64,000 bases of DNA from positions 352,001 through 416,000 of the forward strand of contig CAWDXG010000004.1 of assembly GCA_963806225.1 (NCBI GenBank), in the 5' to 3' direction. Positions 45,039 to 55,456 of the stretch are shown here, one piece after another; position 1 is the stretch's first letter; each line of letters starts with the position of its first letter. The stretch is from an uncultured delta proteobacterium (GTDB lineage: Bacteria > Myxococcota_A > Polyangia > Polyangiales > Polyangiaceae). Below the pieces are notes generated by a model, which was given only the letters and a program-made list of their open reading frames with translations, was not told where the DNA came from and made no database searches. A program made the translations under genes and the position numbers.

Positions 45039-45187
45039 CCCCGCAAGGGAAGGCCGCGCCGGGCCCCCGTCAAGTGAGCGCCATCAGGCGCAGGAAAAGC
45101 CGGGGCGGGCGCCGGTCCTCGCAGCACTGGCTCAGTGAGCGCGATTCGCCGGAGAAGTCCGTTCTGATGCTTGTCTTGTGGGCCGGC

Positions 45188-46723
45188 CTAGCGTTCCCGG
45201 TCGGGGCTGGGTTTCCTGGCCCTCAGAAGAGCGATGCCACGCGCGAAGAGCGACGACTGATCGGCGCTGACAAGGTCATCGAGCTCGAGATCCGCGAGCG
45301 GGCGGGACGGGTCGAACGCGAGCTGCTCCAGCGTCAACAAGGCGCCGGACGCCGCCGCGTCGCCCGCGGGCGTCCGGTGCAGCGACAACGGCCCGCTGGT
45401 CCGGGCCCGCTGGTCCAGCCGCTCGACCAGGTGCTCGATAGGCTCGAGCGACGCGATGTCGTCGGTGCCGGCGTGCTCGGCGAGCAAATCGGCGCGGGCG
45501 CGGCGTATGTTGCGCGACAGCGACGAGTCGGCTCCGGGCGCTTGCCAGACGAGGGCCAACTCGCTGTCGAGGCCCATGCTGCGGTTCGTGAGATTGGCCG
45601 AGCCGACCAGGAGCAGCTCGTCGTCCACCACGAGGAGCTTCGAGTGGATGTAGGTCGGCACCTGTACGCCGGCGTCGTCCAGGTGAGCCGTTTCGTAGAC
45701 GCGAAAGACGTGGCCATGCGCAGCGGCAGCGGACTCGAGCGAGCCCAGCACCCGAACCTGCGCTTCGCCGAGTGCGATTTCCTCCTTGGCCGAGGACGGG
45801 CGTCGCGGCATGACGAGGACCACCGAGAGTCGCGGGCGCCGCCAATCGCGGAACCGCGCTACCAATGCGTCGTGGACCGCTTCGGACGTGAAGTACTGGT
45901 TCTCGATGTAGATCAGCCTGTTCGCGGCAGCGATCGCGTCCTCGTAGAGACGCTGGATCTCGGTGATGCCCGCCACTTCACTGCCGTCGCGTGCAACGTA
46001 GTGCCCGCGCGTGCGGCTGATAGCGACGCGGTCGGCACCGAGGGGCAACGTGACGGGCAGCGTGCGGGTGGACGCCGCGACGGCAGCTGGCAGTTCGAGC
46101 ACCCGCCCCGTCGCATGCCGCCAGCGTTCGCGGAAGAGGTCGTCGAGCAACTGCACGACCGGTCCGGTACAGTACGCCTGGACGTCGTGGTACGGCCCCG
46201 ACTGGCCGTCATCACGCTCCGGATCGCGCGCGGCGTGCGAGCGGCGATCCCAGCGCGACGCGCAAACGTCGATTCCGCCCACGTAGGCGGCGCGACCGTC
46301 GAAAATGGCCAGCTTCTGGTGGTGGCTGGCGCCGACCGGGTGCGCACCATCGAACTCGAAGTGGATTTGCGCCTCCGTCGACCAGTCGAACAGCCACTTC
46401 TGCATCCACTCGCGCTCGAGTGCGTACACGAGGCTGAAGTCCCAGGCCAGGATGTGGACGGTGAGCGCTGGTCGCCGGCGACACAGCTCGCGCAAAAGGG
46501 GCAGGAACTCGACCGGGAGCCGGGCGTTCTCCGCGTCCTGCCCGCGCAAGAGCCGGACGTCGCTGTCGAACTGCCAGCCCGCCAACAGGATGTAGCGTTC
46601 GGCCTGCTCGGCGGCGCGATACAGCGCGCGGTAGTAGTCACGCGCGTCGACCAGCAGCCCGCCGGCTTCCATACCCGCCTGCCGCCACACGTTGCGGCCT
46701 TCTTCGAGGATCGATTCCATCAT
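45188..46723 (-). CDS. Phospholipase D family protein
   Basis: Two HKD motifs (HHQKLAIFD, IHSKLLVVD); IYIENQYF; GSANLTNRSMGLDSE. Confidence 0.92.
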   Translation of the reverse strand: MMESILEEGRNVWRQAGMEAGGLLVDARDYYRALYRAAEQAERYILLAGWQFDSDVRLLRGQDAENARLPVEFLPLLRELCRRRPALTVHILAWDFSLVYALEREWMQKWLFDWSTEAQIHFEFDGAHPVGASHHQKLAIFDGRAAYVGGIDVCASRWDRRSHAARDPERDDGQSGPYHDVQAYCTGPVVQLLDDLFRERWRHATGRVLELPAAVAASTRTLPVTLPLGADRVAISRTRGHYVARDGSEVAGITEIQRLYEDAIAAANRLIYIENQYFTSEAVHDALVARFRDWRRPRLSVVLVMPRRPSSAKEEIALGEAQVRVLGSLESAAAAHGHVFRVYETAHLDDAGVQVPTYIHSKLLVVDDELLLVGSANLTNRSMGLDSELALVWQAPGADSSLSRNIRRARADLLAEHAGTDDIASLEPIEHLVERLDQRARTSGPLSLHRTPAGDAAASGALLTLEQLAFDPSRPLADLELDDLVSADQSSLFARGIALLRARKPSPDRER

Positions 46724-47544
46724 TCCCTGTCCGCCCCGGCCGCGCCTGGATGGTCTGGAGAAACGGCAAGCCACTCGAGCTCCGCCACCACCGGCAGATG
46801 GTCGGATGCTCCGTTCGTCGGCCTACCGCGCGGCACCTCCGTGCTCCGCACCCGCACTCCCTCGCTGCAGAAGATGTGGTCGAGGCGTACCAGCGGCCAT
46901 CGTGACGGCCAGGTGCGCCGTGGCCTGCGAGCACGACGCTGCACATCGTGGAGCGACGCGGCGAGGCGGCGGTAGGCGCGCGAACCCGGGATCGAGTTCA
47001 GATCGCCGAGCAGCACCCGGGGTTCGCGGCACTGGCCGTGCGAGAGCCATCTGGAACCGAGCAGCTCCTGCACCTGCGCGAGGCGTTCACGGCGATCGAG
47101 GCCGAGATGCGTGGCCACCAGCTGATAGTGGCACTCCCCGACGCTCACGTCCGCCCAGCTCGCAACGCGAGGCTCGCGCTCCGGCGTGCCGCCGCCGGGC
47201 AGCTGGCTTTCGCGGCGCAACGAAAGCGGCAGCCGCGAAAGCAGCGCGTTCCCGAAATGGCCGCCATCCTGCCGGCGTGCCTGGCTGAACCGGCACGTCA
47301 TGCCCAGGCGCTCCGCGATGATCTGCGGTTGGTCGACGCGTCCGGTCCGGTCGACACCGACCTCCAGCTCCTGGAGCGCAACGACATCAACGTCCAGACC
47401 GCCGATGACCTCGGCCACGCGTTCGACGGATAGACGCCGGTCGGTTCCGACGCAGCTGTGGACATTCCACGTCATCACGCGCAGGCGCGAAGCGGTCGCC
47501 GACCGGCTCGGTTCATCGCGTCGCGTGTGCTCGCCTCGAGGCAT
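46720..47544 (-). CDS. Endonuclease/exonuclease/phosphatase family protein
   Basis: RVMTWNVH; ALQE; GNALLS; THLGL; GDLN; LDHI; SDHLP. Stop overlaps the PLD start. Confidence 0.9.
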   Translation of the reverse strand: MPRGEHTRRDEPSRSATASRLRVMTWNVHSCVGTDRRLSVERVAEVIGGLDVDVVALQELEVGVDRTGRVDQPQIIAERLGMTCRFSQARRQDGGHFGNALLSRLPLSLRRESQLPGGGTPEREPRVASWADVSVGECHYQLVATHLGLDRRERLAQVQELLGSRWLSHGQCREPRVLLGDLNSIPGSRAYRRLAASLHDVQRRARRPRRTWPSRWPLVRLDHIFCSEGVRVRSTEVPRGRPTNGASDHLPVVAELEWLAVSPDHPGAAGADRE

Positions 47545-47589
47545 CAGGCTCCTCGTCACCCTTTGGGCTTGCCCGGTGGCCGGCGCAAC

Positions 47590-47907
47590 CCTACGCGTAC
47601 CAGGCGGAGCCCCGACCATCACAGCCACCTGGGGCGCGATGTAGGAGACGGTCAAGGTCGCGTCGACCTCCCACGGAACCACGTTCGTATTCTCGACGAG
47701 GGTTCGATAGCGTTCCTTGCTCGCCTCGAGTTCCCGCGAAGCGCGGACCTGCGCGTCGAGGTGGGATCGCAGCTCTTCGGCGAGCATGTTGATGGCCCCG
47801 ACCACGCCGTCGAGCACCGTGTCGTCGCCGCGGCATTCCAGCGGATGATCGAAGTCGAGTGCTGCGGTCCGGTAGAGCCCCTCGGCGATCTCCTCGAGGC
47901 GTCCCAT
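47590..47907 (-). pseudogene. N-terminal HAMP/PAS fragment of a sensor kinase
   Basis: LDGVVGAINMLAEEL; SKERYRTLVENTNVVPWE..YIAPQV, then the similarity breaks off. Confidence 0.6.
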
Positions 47908-47973
47908 CGGCTCGGCCGGAGGGAGGCTCGACGCGGGGAGGTCGGCGTAACGCCGAGGTCGGACGGTGGAGCG

Positions 47974-48357
47974 TCACGGCAGGTATTGCCGGAGCCACTC
48001 GAGTGCCGCCGGCTCCGACGTGAAGAGGCGCGTGGGAACGACGGACGCGTTGAGGCCCAGGAAGAAGTTGCCCATGGCCTTCGCCATCGGAGACCGGACG
48101 ACGAGCGCCACCGCACTCTCGACGACGGCCGTGTCCGGTCCGGCGAAGTAGTTCCTCGCGTCGCGGGAGATCGACTTGAGGCCCGCGAGGTCGACGCAGG
48201 CCGGGCGACGGATCCCGTCGGAAGCGGCGATGAGCTTGCGGATCATCTCCTGGGCGTCGGCGAGTTGCAGCACCGCTCCGGGTTTCATGCTGGAGCGGAG
48301 AATCCCATCGTCGCCCAGCCAGAAGAGCTGGGTGTTGGTCTCGATCCGTATCTGCAC
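47974..48357 (-). CDS. STAS/SpoIIAA-like small protein
   Basis: FWLGDDGIL; VDLAGLKSISRDARNYF; AVALVV; GNFFL; PTRLFTSEPAALEWL. Confidence 0.75.
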   Translation of the reverse strand: MQIRIETNTQLFWLGDDGILRSSMKPGAVLQLADAQEMIRKLIAASDGIRRPACVDLAGLKSISRDARNYFAGPDTAVVESAVALVVRSPMAKAMGNFFLGLNASVVPTRLFTSEPAALEWLRQYLP

Positions 48358-48395
48358 TTGGAGCTCGTCCTCGGCGGGGAGCCGACCTGGCGTCG

Positions 48396-48704
48396 TCACG
48401 ACGGGTCCAATCGGGTCACACCTTCGCGGCACTCTCCGACACGGGGTGCGACGAGGCCGAGGAGTTCCACGGTGTCGCACGGCTGCAGCGTTCGCACGTG
48501 GCCGAGCAGGGCTAGCCCGTCCGTAGCGGGCATCCGCATGTCCGTCACGACGACGTCGAAGGCCTGCTGTTCCAGCAGCTCGAGCGCCGCCTGCCCACTG
48601 GGCGCGGTTCCGACCTCCCACTCCCGAAGCGCACGAAACCGGCGCGTCAGCGCCCCGAGCACCGAAGGGTCGTCGTCCACGAAGAGGATCCTGGCTTTGG
48701 TCAT
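48396..48704 (-). pseudogene. Truncated response-regulator receiver domain
   Basis: ILFVDDD; SGQAALELL; DVVVTDMRMP..DGLALL. Similarity ends near QPCDTV; the conserved Thr/Ser and Lys are missing. Confidence 0.7.
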
Positions 48705-49002
48705 TGGGGCACGCGGTCCCGCGCTTCATGCGGTTCCGGGTCCGATGAACCTTCCGCTCGGGGTGTAGTACGGCCGGCGGCGCCCGTGGTTGAGGTCGCG
48801 AGCGACCCGATGTCCCGTACCCCGACTTCCTCGCCCCTTTGTGCGCCCGGAGTCCCGCTGCCAGTCCAAGTTGGTCACGATCTCCAGCTTGGCAACCTCG
48901 GCATCAGCCAGCTCGTCGGCGACGATCTGGCGCGGGCTGACGCTGAAGCGACCCCACCGAAGCCGGTAGGTGACCGGGGTGCCGCCGCCCGAGGGAGATG
49001 GA

Positions 49003-49119
49003 GCCGACTTTGCTGGTCGCCAGTGAAGAGGACCAGAACGTAGTGTTTGGCGATCCCGGAAACGCCGTCGTGTCGATGGTCGGCGCAGGCGCGGTCACGC
49101 TGAAATCGATCAGTGTCAC
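49003..49119 (-). pseudogene. Fragment of a DUF1566 (Lcl C-terminal) domain
   Basis: TLIDFS..PTIDTTAFPGSPNTTFWSSS matches the remembered family pattern; no N-terminal WRLP and no C-terminal VRCVR. Confidence 0.55.
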
Positions 49120-49123
49120 CTAG

Positions 49124-51553
49124 CTACGGCGCCTGGCTGATCGTCTTGGCGTCGCTGCTGAGCACGGTCACCGTCACTGGGGTGACGTCCAGCGTTGTGG
49201 CGACGGGGGTGACCGTCGTCGTGGTCACAGGCAGGTTGGCGGCACTGAAGCTGCCGGACGGATTGGACTGGCTGACGCCGCTGCCGCTGGCGAACGCGAC
49301 GTTGCCGTTCTGGGTGATGTGCATCAGCCAGCCGTCGTCGCCACTCGTGAAGCTGGTGCTCATGCCCACGGCGAGCAGCGAGCCGTCGGGCAGGGCGACG
49401 AAGGGATCACCGACACCGCGGAACTCCAACGTGCCGCCGATTTCTTCGCTACCCGCGCCGCCGTATTCGTGACTCCAGGTGGGCGAGCCGTCGGAAGCGA
49501 ACGCCTGGATCCAGGCGTTGCCGTTCGTGGCGCCCGCCATGGCAAACCCGCCTCCGGAAAGCGGCGCCACGCCGTTGATCTCCGCGTCCTGGGCGCTCAC
49601 CGGAATGTCCGTCGCCCAGGTGACATTGCCGCTGTCGTCCAGACGCACCGCGAGCCCGTCGAGCACGCTTTCGCCGCCGAGGAAGAAGCCGCCGGAGGGC
49701 GCGGCGAGCGCGCTCTCGGCGGACTCGCCTCCCGTACCGTAGCTCTTCTGCCAGAGGACCTTGCCGTCCGCGCCGATCCTCAGAGCCCACAGCGATCCAG
49801 AAGCAGGAAACGATTCGGTGCTTCCCACCGCCAGACAACCGCCGTCGCCCGTGTCCGCCAGGGAGTGCAGAGCGTCATACGCGCTTCCGCCGTAGGCATA
49901 CGACCACACCGGGTTCGCCTGCGCGTCGACGTGGGCAACCCAGAAGTCCTGGGATGCAAGGTATCCGAATGCCCCGCCGAGCAGAGCACCACCGTCGGGC
50001 AGAGGCACGATGTCGTCGATCCGGAGGTCGTCCCCCGAGCTGTGGGAGAGTTCCTTTGCCGAGAGCACTGCACCGTTCTCGTCGACCTTCATGAGGACGT
50101 TGGAGCCGGGATCGATGGCGATGTTCGTCGCGACGAAAAAGCCGCCCCCTGCGACGGGGCGGATGACACGCACGTCCTGGAGGTCGTCGAAAGCGCGCTG
50201 CCACATCAGCTCGCCGATGGAATCGGTGGCGATCAGCCAGGCATCGGCAGGACTCGACGTGAACGAGAGCGTCGTGCCACCGGCGAGGATTCCGCCCCCG
50301 GGCATTGGCGTCAGAGTGTCCAGGTCGTCCGATGAGTCACCCGAGTAGGCGCGCGCCCAGCTGGTGATCTGCGCGGCCGACGAACCGCCGGGGGCCGAGG
50401 CCAGGAGCTTCTCGGTGTGACCGAGCGGGGCATCGTAGTTCAGCAGACCCAGGAGGTGGACGCTCGCGCTCGCCTCGGCACCACCGTACAGAGACCACCA
50501 GGGGTTCTTCAAGGGCTCGACGTCCGCGCGCGCGTACGCATCCACGTCGACGGAGGCAGAATCGAAGCCGTCGACCAGAATCGCAAGCCGCGCTCCAGCC
50601 ATGGCCTTGGCCTTGGCGTTCGCGCCCGGGGCGAAGTGCGGCGGATCGAACGTGCCGCTGGCGCTGCTGTTGTTGAAGGGGCCGAAGGAGCCGTTCTGGT
50701 AGCCGACGCCGACGTTGAGCGTGGCCTGCTCGGCGACCGACGTGGTGAGCGTGGCCGAGCTCTTGCCGTCGATACCGGCGTAGAAGGTCAGGACCGGCGT
50801 GAGGATCACGGGCATCGGGCCGATATTGAATTGCAGCGAGGGGAACGAAATCGTGTCGAGATCGATGCGTTTCGTGAAGTTGGCAGCCTCTTTCGCCGTC
50901 ACCGACAAGTTCGCCGCTTCCTCACCGCTGATCTCGAGGGCGACCTTCGAAAAGCCGGAGTCGATCTGGATGGGGAACTTGGTGAGGGGATCGATGGAGA
51001 TACTGCCCGACACCAGCACCTGATCGTTCGTCGTGGAGGAGTCGCCGTCCCCGTCGTAGATCGCCTTGTTGTCGAAGCCGTAGGTGAGCCCGCTGTTGCC
51101 GCTGCCGCCGCTGCCTCCGCTGCCGACGCCCGCGGTGTGCAGCGCGGCGCTCGTGGTCCCATCGGCATTGAGATGGAAGCTCGGATTGATCGAGCCCTTG
51201 ATGACGGCGTCGGTGAGCGACGCGGTCGATGTGGTGACCGTGATGGGGCCGCTGCCGGACACCGACTCGACCCTGCGCAGCATCCCGCGCGGCAAGAGCT
51301 TCCCCACGATGCCGGCGGCGATCAGGTTGCCGGCATGCAACGCCGACAGCTGTTTGGTGGTGGACTTGAAGACCAGTGTCGACTGGTCCGCAGACACCGA
51401 GCTCAGTTGGTCCAGCGTCGCACTGTCGAGCACCCGTAGCTCAGGCGAGAGCACCACATCGGAGTGCTTCGACTTGCTCGACCCCGAGCAGGCAGTCGCC
51501 AGTGAAGCCAACAAAATAATGGACAACACTCCTCGAAGAAAACTGCGGGCCAT
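49124..51553 (-). CDS. Large lipoprotein with C-terminal beta-propeller repeats
   Basis: GGAG RBS; lipobox LATAC; repeated W-x-x-x-YGG, DGG-x-L-x-G and D-x-W blades. Confidence 0.85.
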   Translation of the reverse strand: MARSFLRGVLSIILLASLATACSGSSKSKHSDVVLSPELRVLDSATLDQLSSVSADQSTLVFKSTTKQLSALHAGNLIAAGIVGKLLPRGMLRRVESVSGSGPITVTTSTASLTDAVIKGSINPSFHLNADGTTSAALHTAGVGSGGSGGSGNSGLTYGFDNKAIYDGDGDSSTTNDQVLVSGSISIDPLTKFPIQIDSGFSKVALEISGEEAANLSVTAKEAANFTKRIDLDTISFPSLQFNIGPMPVILTPVLTFYAGIDGKSSATLTTSVAEQATLNVGVGYQNGSFGPFNNSSASGTFDPPHFAPGANAKAKAMAGARLAILVDGFDSASVDVDAYARADVEPLKNPWWSLYGGAEASASVHLLGLLNYDAPLGHTEKLLASAPGGSSAAQITSWARAYSGDSSDDLDTLTPMPGGGILAGGTTLSFTSSPADAWLIATDSIGELMWQRAFDDLQDVRVIRPVAGGGFFVATNIAIDPGSNVLMKVDENGAVLSAKELSHSSGDDLRIDDIVPLPDGGALLGGAFGYLASQDFWVAHVDAQANPVWSYAYGGSAYDALHSLADTGDGGCLAVGSTESFPASGSLWALRIGADGKVLWQKSYGTGGESAESALAAPSGGFFLGGESVLDGLAVRLDDSGNVTWATDIPVSAQDAEINGVAPLSGGGFAMAGATNGNAWIQAFASDGSPTWSHEYGGAGSEEIGGTLEFRGVGDPFVALPDGSLLAVGMSTSFTSGDDGWLMHITQNGNVAFASGSGVSQSNPSGSFSAANLPVTTTTVTPVATTLDVTPVTVTVLSSDAKTISQAP

Positions 51554-51660
51554 CTCCACTAGGTAGGCCCGCCGGTGACATCGCGCAAGCCATGACGGCT
51601 GGTGGAAGAGGGTTCCACGCGGATCGCCTGCAGAACGGGCGCACCGGCCTTGCATCGCCG

Positions 51661-52180
51661 CCCGCCATCCCGGAGCTGCCCGTCGGCAACTACGCGTGCG
51701 GCTCCCAGCTCGATACGCTGTACTAGAGCGGCGGCAAGACCCGGATCGTCGCGAGCGGCGGGGATGGCGGCACGCTCGTGCTCTCGCAGACCGGCGCACA
51801 CGTGACCGCGAAGTACAGCGGCGACAAGTACGTCGCCGGAACGATGGAGCTCGGCGTCACCAGCGGCAGCGCCGGTGCGGGCGGCAGCGCCGGTGCGGGC
51901 GGAACGTGCACGTAGGGCTCCGGCTGCTGCACGCCGAAGACCTGCGCGAACTATCCGAACCAGTGCGGCGGGTTCGTCGATGGCTGCGGCGGCAGCGTCA
52001 ACTGCACGTGCCCCAGCGGAAAGGCGTGCATCAACTCCGCCTGCATGTGCCAGCTCGCGGGCGAGACCTGCGGAGGCAGCGGACAGGGCCCCTGCTGCTC
52101 GGGGCAGCAGGGCGTCAACTGTTCCGGCGCCAAGTTCTGCCTGCCCGACTCGAACTCCTGCCCGCAGCGCGCTTCGGCCG
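51661..52180 (+). pseudogene. Decayed mosaic of secreted-protein and Cys-rich repeat fragments
   Basis: One frame with coding-like codons and two TAG stops (51724, 51913); CTPKTC..QCGGFVDGCGGSVNC repeat. Confidence 0.55.
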
Positions 52181-52182
52181 CG

Positions 52183-52566
52183 TCAACCGTTCGCACTCAT
52201 CGACACGTAGTACCCATCCGGGTCCCGCAGCGAGAACTCCATCGTCGTCGTGGCGGGGTTCAGGTGGGGTTCTTCTTCCAAGCGGGGAACGAGAGCGCGC
52301 GCTCGCTCGAGGGCGGCGTCGAAGTCGTCGACGCGGAAGAACAGCAGCAGGCCGTTGCCGGGCTCGGCGCGATCGGGGCTCGTCAGCGAGGGATGATCGT
52401 GCTCGCCCCACTCGTGGAGGCACAGAAGGACGGTGCCGTCCGCGTCGACGATCTGGCCGAAGTAGTCGTGCGCTGGCGCGGACTCCGGCAGGCCCAGCAG
52501 CGACTGGTACCACTTGAAGCTCGCGGCCACGTCCTCCACTCCGATGATCGTCCACGTGCGCCTCAC
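52183..52566 (-). CDS. VOC/glyoxalase family protein
   Basis: IIGVEDVAASFKWYQSLLG; GNGLLLFFRVDDFD; EFSLRDPDGY; GGAGG RBS. Confidence 0.9.
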   Translation of the reverse strand: MRRTWTIIGVEDVAASFKWYQSLLGLPESAPAHDYFGQIVDADGTVLLCLHEWGEHDHPSLTSPDRAEPGNGLLLFFRVDDFDAALERARALVPRLEEEPHLNPATTTMEFSLRDPDGYYVSMSANG

Positions 52567-53293
52567 GCTTCCTCCTTCTGCCGGCGCGCGCTGCCGCGCC
52601 GCGAGCAGATAGCATACACTCGCGGCGGCGCATTGCGACGCGACTACCGCACGTCGTCCGTCCCCGGAAACAATGCCATCAGCCCTCCGCATGTCCGGAA
52701 GACGCATCGCGATTGCGCTGGCTGCTGCCGCAGCGCTGTGCGGTTGCCGGTCGCCCGCGGGCGCGAGCCGCAGCACGCGTCACGGATCCGTCGTCGGCGG
52801 GTCCGACTCGCGCCACAGGTGCGGGCCAAGGTCGTGCGTGGCTTCCTCGGCGCAGACGCCTTCGATCACGTCGATGCCCGCTTCGCGGAGGAGCTCCAAC
52901 ATAGCCCGCGAACAACCCGGGCGACTGCGCGGAAGTAGCGACCATGTCGTCTGATTCCCGAAGGTTCGGCGCTGCTGCGCAGGCTGCAGGGACTGCTCGA
53001 TGACCGCCGAGCCGTGCTCGGTTACGCTTCCGGACGAGCGTCGGAATCCCTGGCCTTCGCCCATCATCGATCGTTCCGGACTCGACATGCCGGTGATGGT
53101 GCTCGACGATCCGGCGCTGCCGACGGGCGAGGCGCTTGTGGCGCGCATCGTGGCACGCTCGGTCGACGGAGCCATCTCCGGCACCGCCACCACTTCCGTC
53201 ACGTTGTGCTGATCCCTCGTGGCCCGGTTCACTACGGCTGGAACACGCTCCGCCGTTTGCCCGGGCCGGGCGGCGGTGTCAGGCTCCGCCGCC

Positions 53294-54547
53294 ATGCGTG
53301 CAGTTTTGCTTGGGCTTCTGGGCAGTGTTGGAGTCGCTTGCCTGCTTTCGGCCTGCGGCGGCAAGACGACCGATCTCTTCGCCAGTGGTGGCGCGGCCGG
53401 TGTGGCCGGAACGGGGACGGGAGGGAGCGGCGGCGCGAGCGGCGGCAGCGGCGGAGCGACGGGTGGCAGCGCCGGCGCTGCCGGAGCGGGCGGAGCCACG
53501 GGCGGCGCAGCCGGGACGGGAGGCAGCGGCGGTTGCGCGAATCCCCAGCCCGAGAAGGACTACGATGGCGACGGGTTCACGGCGGCACAGGGCGACTGCG
53601 ACGAGTGTGCAGCAGGCACCAACCCCGGCGCGTACGACGTCCCCGGCGACGGCGTGGACCAGGACTGCGACGGCAAGGCCGACGACGAGCCCACCGGATG
53701 CGACGCGTCGATCGGCAGCATCGACGAATCCGATCCGGTCAAGGCCGCGTACGCCATCGGCTTGTGCCGCATGGCGAACGACAAGAGCTGGGGCCTGGTC
53801 AGCGCCAAGTACGTCATGGCGGACGGCACCACCGGCATGAACGCTCTTTCGCACGGCATCCTGTCCGACTTCGGTCCGAACGTGAAGGCGCGCGAGGGCA
53901 CGCAGCTGCTCGCGCTGTCCTCCGGCACGGCGCGGCGCCCGAGCGACCCCGGCTACCAGTCTCCGGCGGGCGCGAACATGGGCACGAGCTCGCAGATGCC
54001 CACGGGCTTTCCGGTTGCGACGCCGTTCTGTCCGACCACGGCGGCCACAGGCACCACCGCCAACGATCCGGCGGCGCTCGACGTGGTGGTGCGCGTGCCC
54101 ACCAACATGCAGAGCTTCTCGGTCGACTTCGACTACTATAGCTTCGAGTTCCCGACCTACGTCTGCACGCAATACAACGACAGCTTCGCGCTCCTGCAGG
54201 CGCCGGCGCCTGCTGTCAGCGTAGCCGGCTCGATCGCTTTCGATGGCGACAAGGACGCGCTCGCCGTCAACAACAAGCTTCTCGGCGTGTGCGCGCCGCA
54301 GACCACCGGCGGCGCGACGTTCGCCTGTCCGCGCGGCGACACCGAGCTCACCGGCACCGGTTTCGAGAGCCACGGAGCCACCGGCTGGCTCACGACGCGC
54401 TCGCCGATGAAGCCGGGCAGCGAGGTGACGCTGCGCTTCGCGATCTGGGACGCCGGCGACAGCGTCCTCGACTCCACGGTGCTGGTCGACAACTTCCGCT
54501 GGCACGCCGATCCGGTCGTGGCGCCCAGTACCGGTCCGGCTCAGTAG
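53294..54547 (+). CDS. Lipoprotein with metal-binding repeat and choice-of-anchor L-like domain
   Basis: Lipobox LSAC; DYDGDGF..GDCD..TNPGAYD..DQDCDG; LALSSG; FEFPTYVCTQYND; FAIWDAGDSVLDSTVLVDNF. Confidence 0.85.
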   Translation: MRAVLLGLLGSVGVACLLSACGGKTTDLFASGGAAGVAGTGTGGSGGASGGSGGATGGSAGAAGAGGATGGAAGTGGSGGCANPQPEKDYDGDGFTAAQGDCDECAAGTNPGAYDVPGDGVDQDCDGKADDEPTGCDASIGSIDESDPVKAAYAIGLCRMANDKSWGLVSAKYVMADGTTGMNALSHGILSDFGPNVKAREGTQLLALSSGTARRPSDPGYQSPAGANMGTSSQMPTGFPVATPFCPTTAATGTTANDPAALDVVVRVPTNMQSFSVDFDYYSFEFPTYVCTQYNDSFALLQAPAPAVSVAGSIAFDGDKDALAVNNKLLGVCAPQTTGGATFACPRGDTELTGTGFESHGATGWLTTRSPMKPGSEVTLRFAIWDAGDSVLDSTVLVDNFRWHADPVVAPSTGPAQ

Positions 54548-54699
54548 ATTCCCGATACTCGCTCACGCCTCTGCGCGGAGGGCCCACGCCCCCGCACCGT
54601 CAGAGCCCCGGCGGGGGTTGGGGCGGCATGCCGAAGGAGTCCGGAAAGCACGCGACATCACTGCAGGAGACAGCGGCGTACTCCCCGCCGGGCGGCTCA

Positions 54700-54897
54700 C
54701 ACAAGTGCATCAACTGCCAGCCTATCGGGCAAAGTTGCACTGCGGGGCGCGGTCAATGCTGTTCGAACGCCTGTAACGTCAAGAACAAGTGCAACTGCGT
54801 CATCAGTGGGCAGTACGCGCTCGGCGTCGGCCCCCAGGGCGAGGAATGGAAGATTTGCTGCTCGCAGAAGATGGGGTCGGATGGGAAATGCCTGTGA
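54700..54897 (+). pseudogene. Orphan Cys-rich C-terminal fragment
   Basis: CINCQPIGQSC..CCSNAC..CNC..CCSQKM..CL-stop; no clear start or signal peptide; visibly lower GC. Confidence 0.5.
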
Positions 54898-55180
54898 CGA
54901 GCTGGCTCTTCGACAGCCGGCGCTCGGACTTGGCCGGTGGCGGGCGACAGCACCTCGCACAGCGCTGCCGTGACGGAACTGCGGCGCCTTGACGGTTCCT
55001 CCGAGCTGTCTGGTATGGATTGAACGTGGACGACAAGCCGCAGAGTTCCCCTCGTCCTGTTGCGCCGGTCGCTGGCTGCCCTGTTTCTCGGCGCCACGCT
55101 CTGGCTTGTGTACGAGATGAGCCAGTTGCCGACCTCGGACAACTATCAATTCCGCGTGATCGTCCACTGACGCCGCGCCG

Positions 55181-55335
55181 CCGTGCAGCGCGTCAGCTCC
55201 GACCTGCGCTTGAATCCCCACTTCCACCTGGATGGGGTGTTCGCCTAGGACGAGGCCGGCGAGCTGCCGTTCCACGCACTGCCGCACCTCACCAACGACG
55301 ACGTCGCCGACCTCTTGCAGATCGCGCGGGCGCGC
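55181..55335 (+). mobile_element. IS91-like (Y2/HUH) transposase remnant
   Basis: AVQRVSSDLRLNPHFH-LDGVFA*DEAGELPFHALPHLTNDDVADLLQIAR; HUH motif present, internal stop. Confidence 0.7.
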
Positions 55336-55456
55336 CCCGCGCTGCGCGGCCGGGAACGCGGCTCGCGACGGCGGAGCCACCCCCGCCGCCGGCGTGTTTT
55401 CCTGCCTGACGCGCGCATCCCCGGGCCGGCGCTGGCGGTCGGAGGACCGCCGTCGC

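Noticed and set aside
48981..49006. Distal att copy similar to the 60051-60191 repeats
   Set aside because: The similarity is short, GC-rich and lacks the tRNA-like core; chance is likely.
49003..49119. DUF1566 fragment as a DGR template repeat
   Set aside because: No matching target copy and no reverse transcriptase in the window; it cannot be excluded genome-wide.
52673..53212. Intact lipoprotein gene
   Set aside because: A lipobox-like start and a coding-like end lie in separate short ORFs with no continuous frame; at most a decayed remnant.
51661..55250. Amber (TAG) recoding suggested by in-frame TAGs at 51724, 51913 and ~55246
   Set aside because: TAG terminates many normal genes here, and these cases lie in fragments without starts, consistent with decay.
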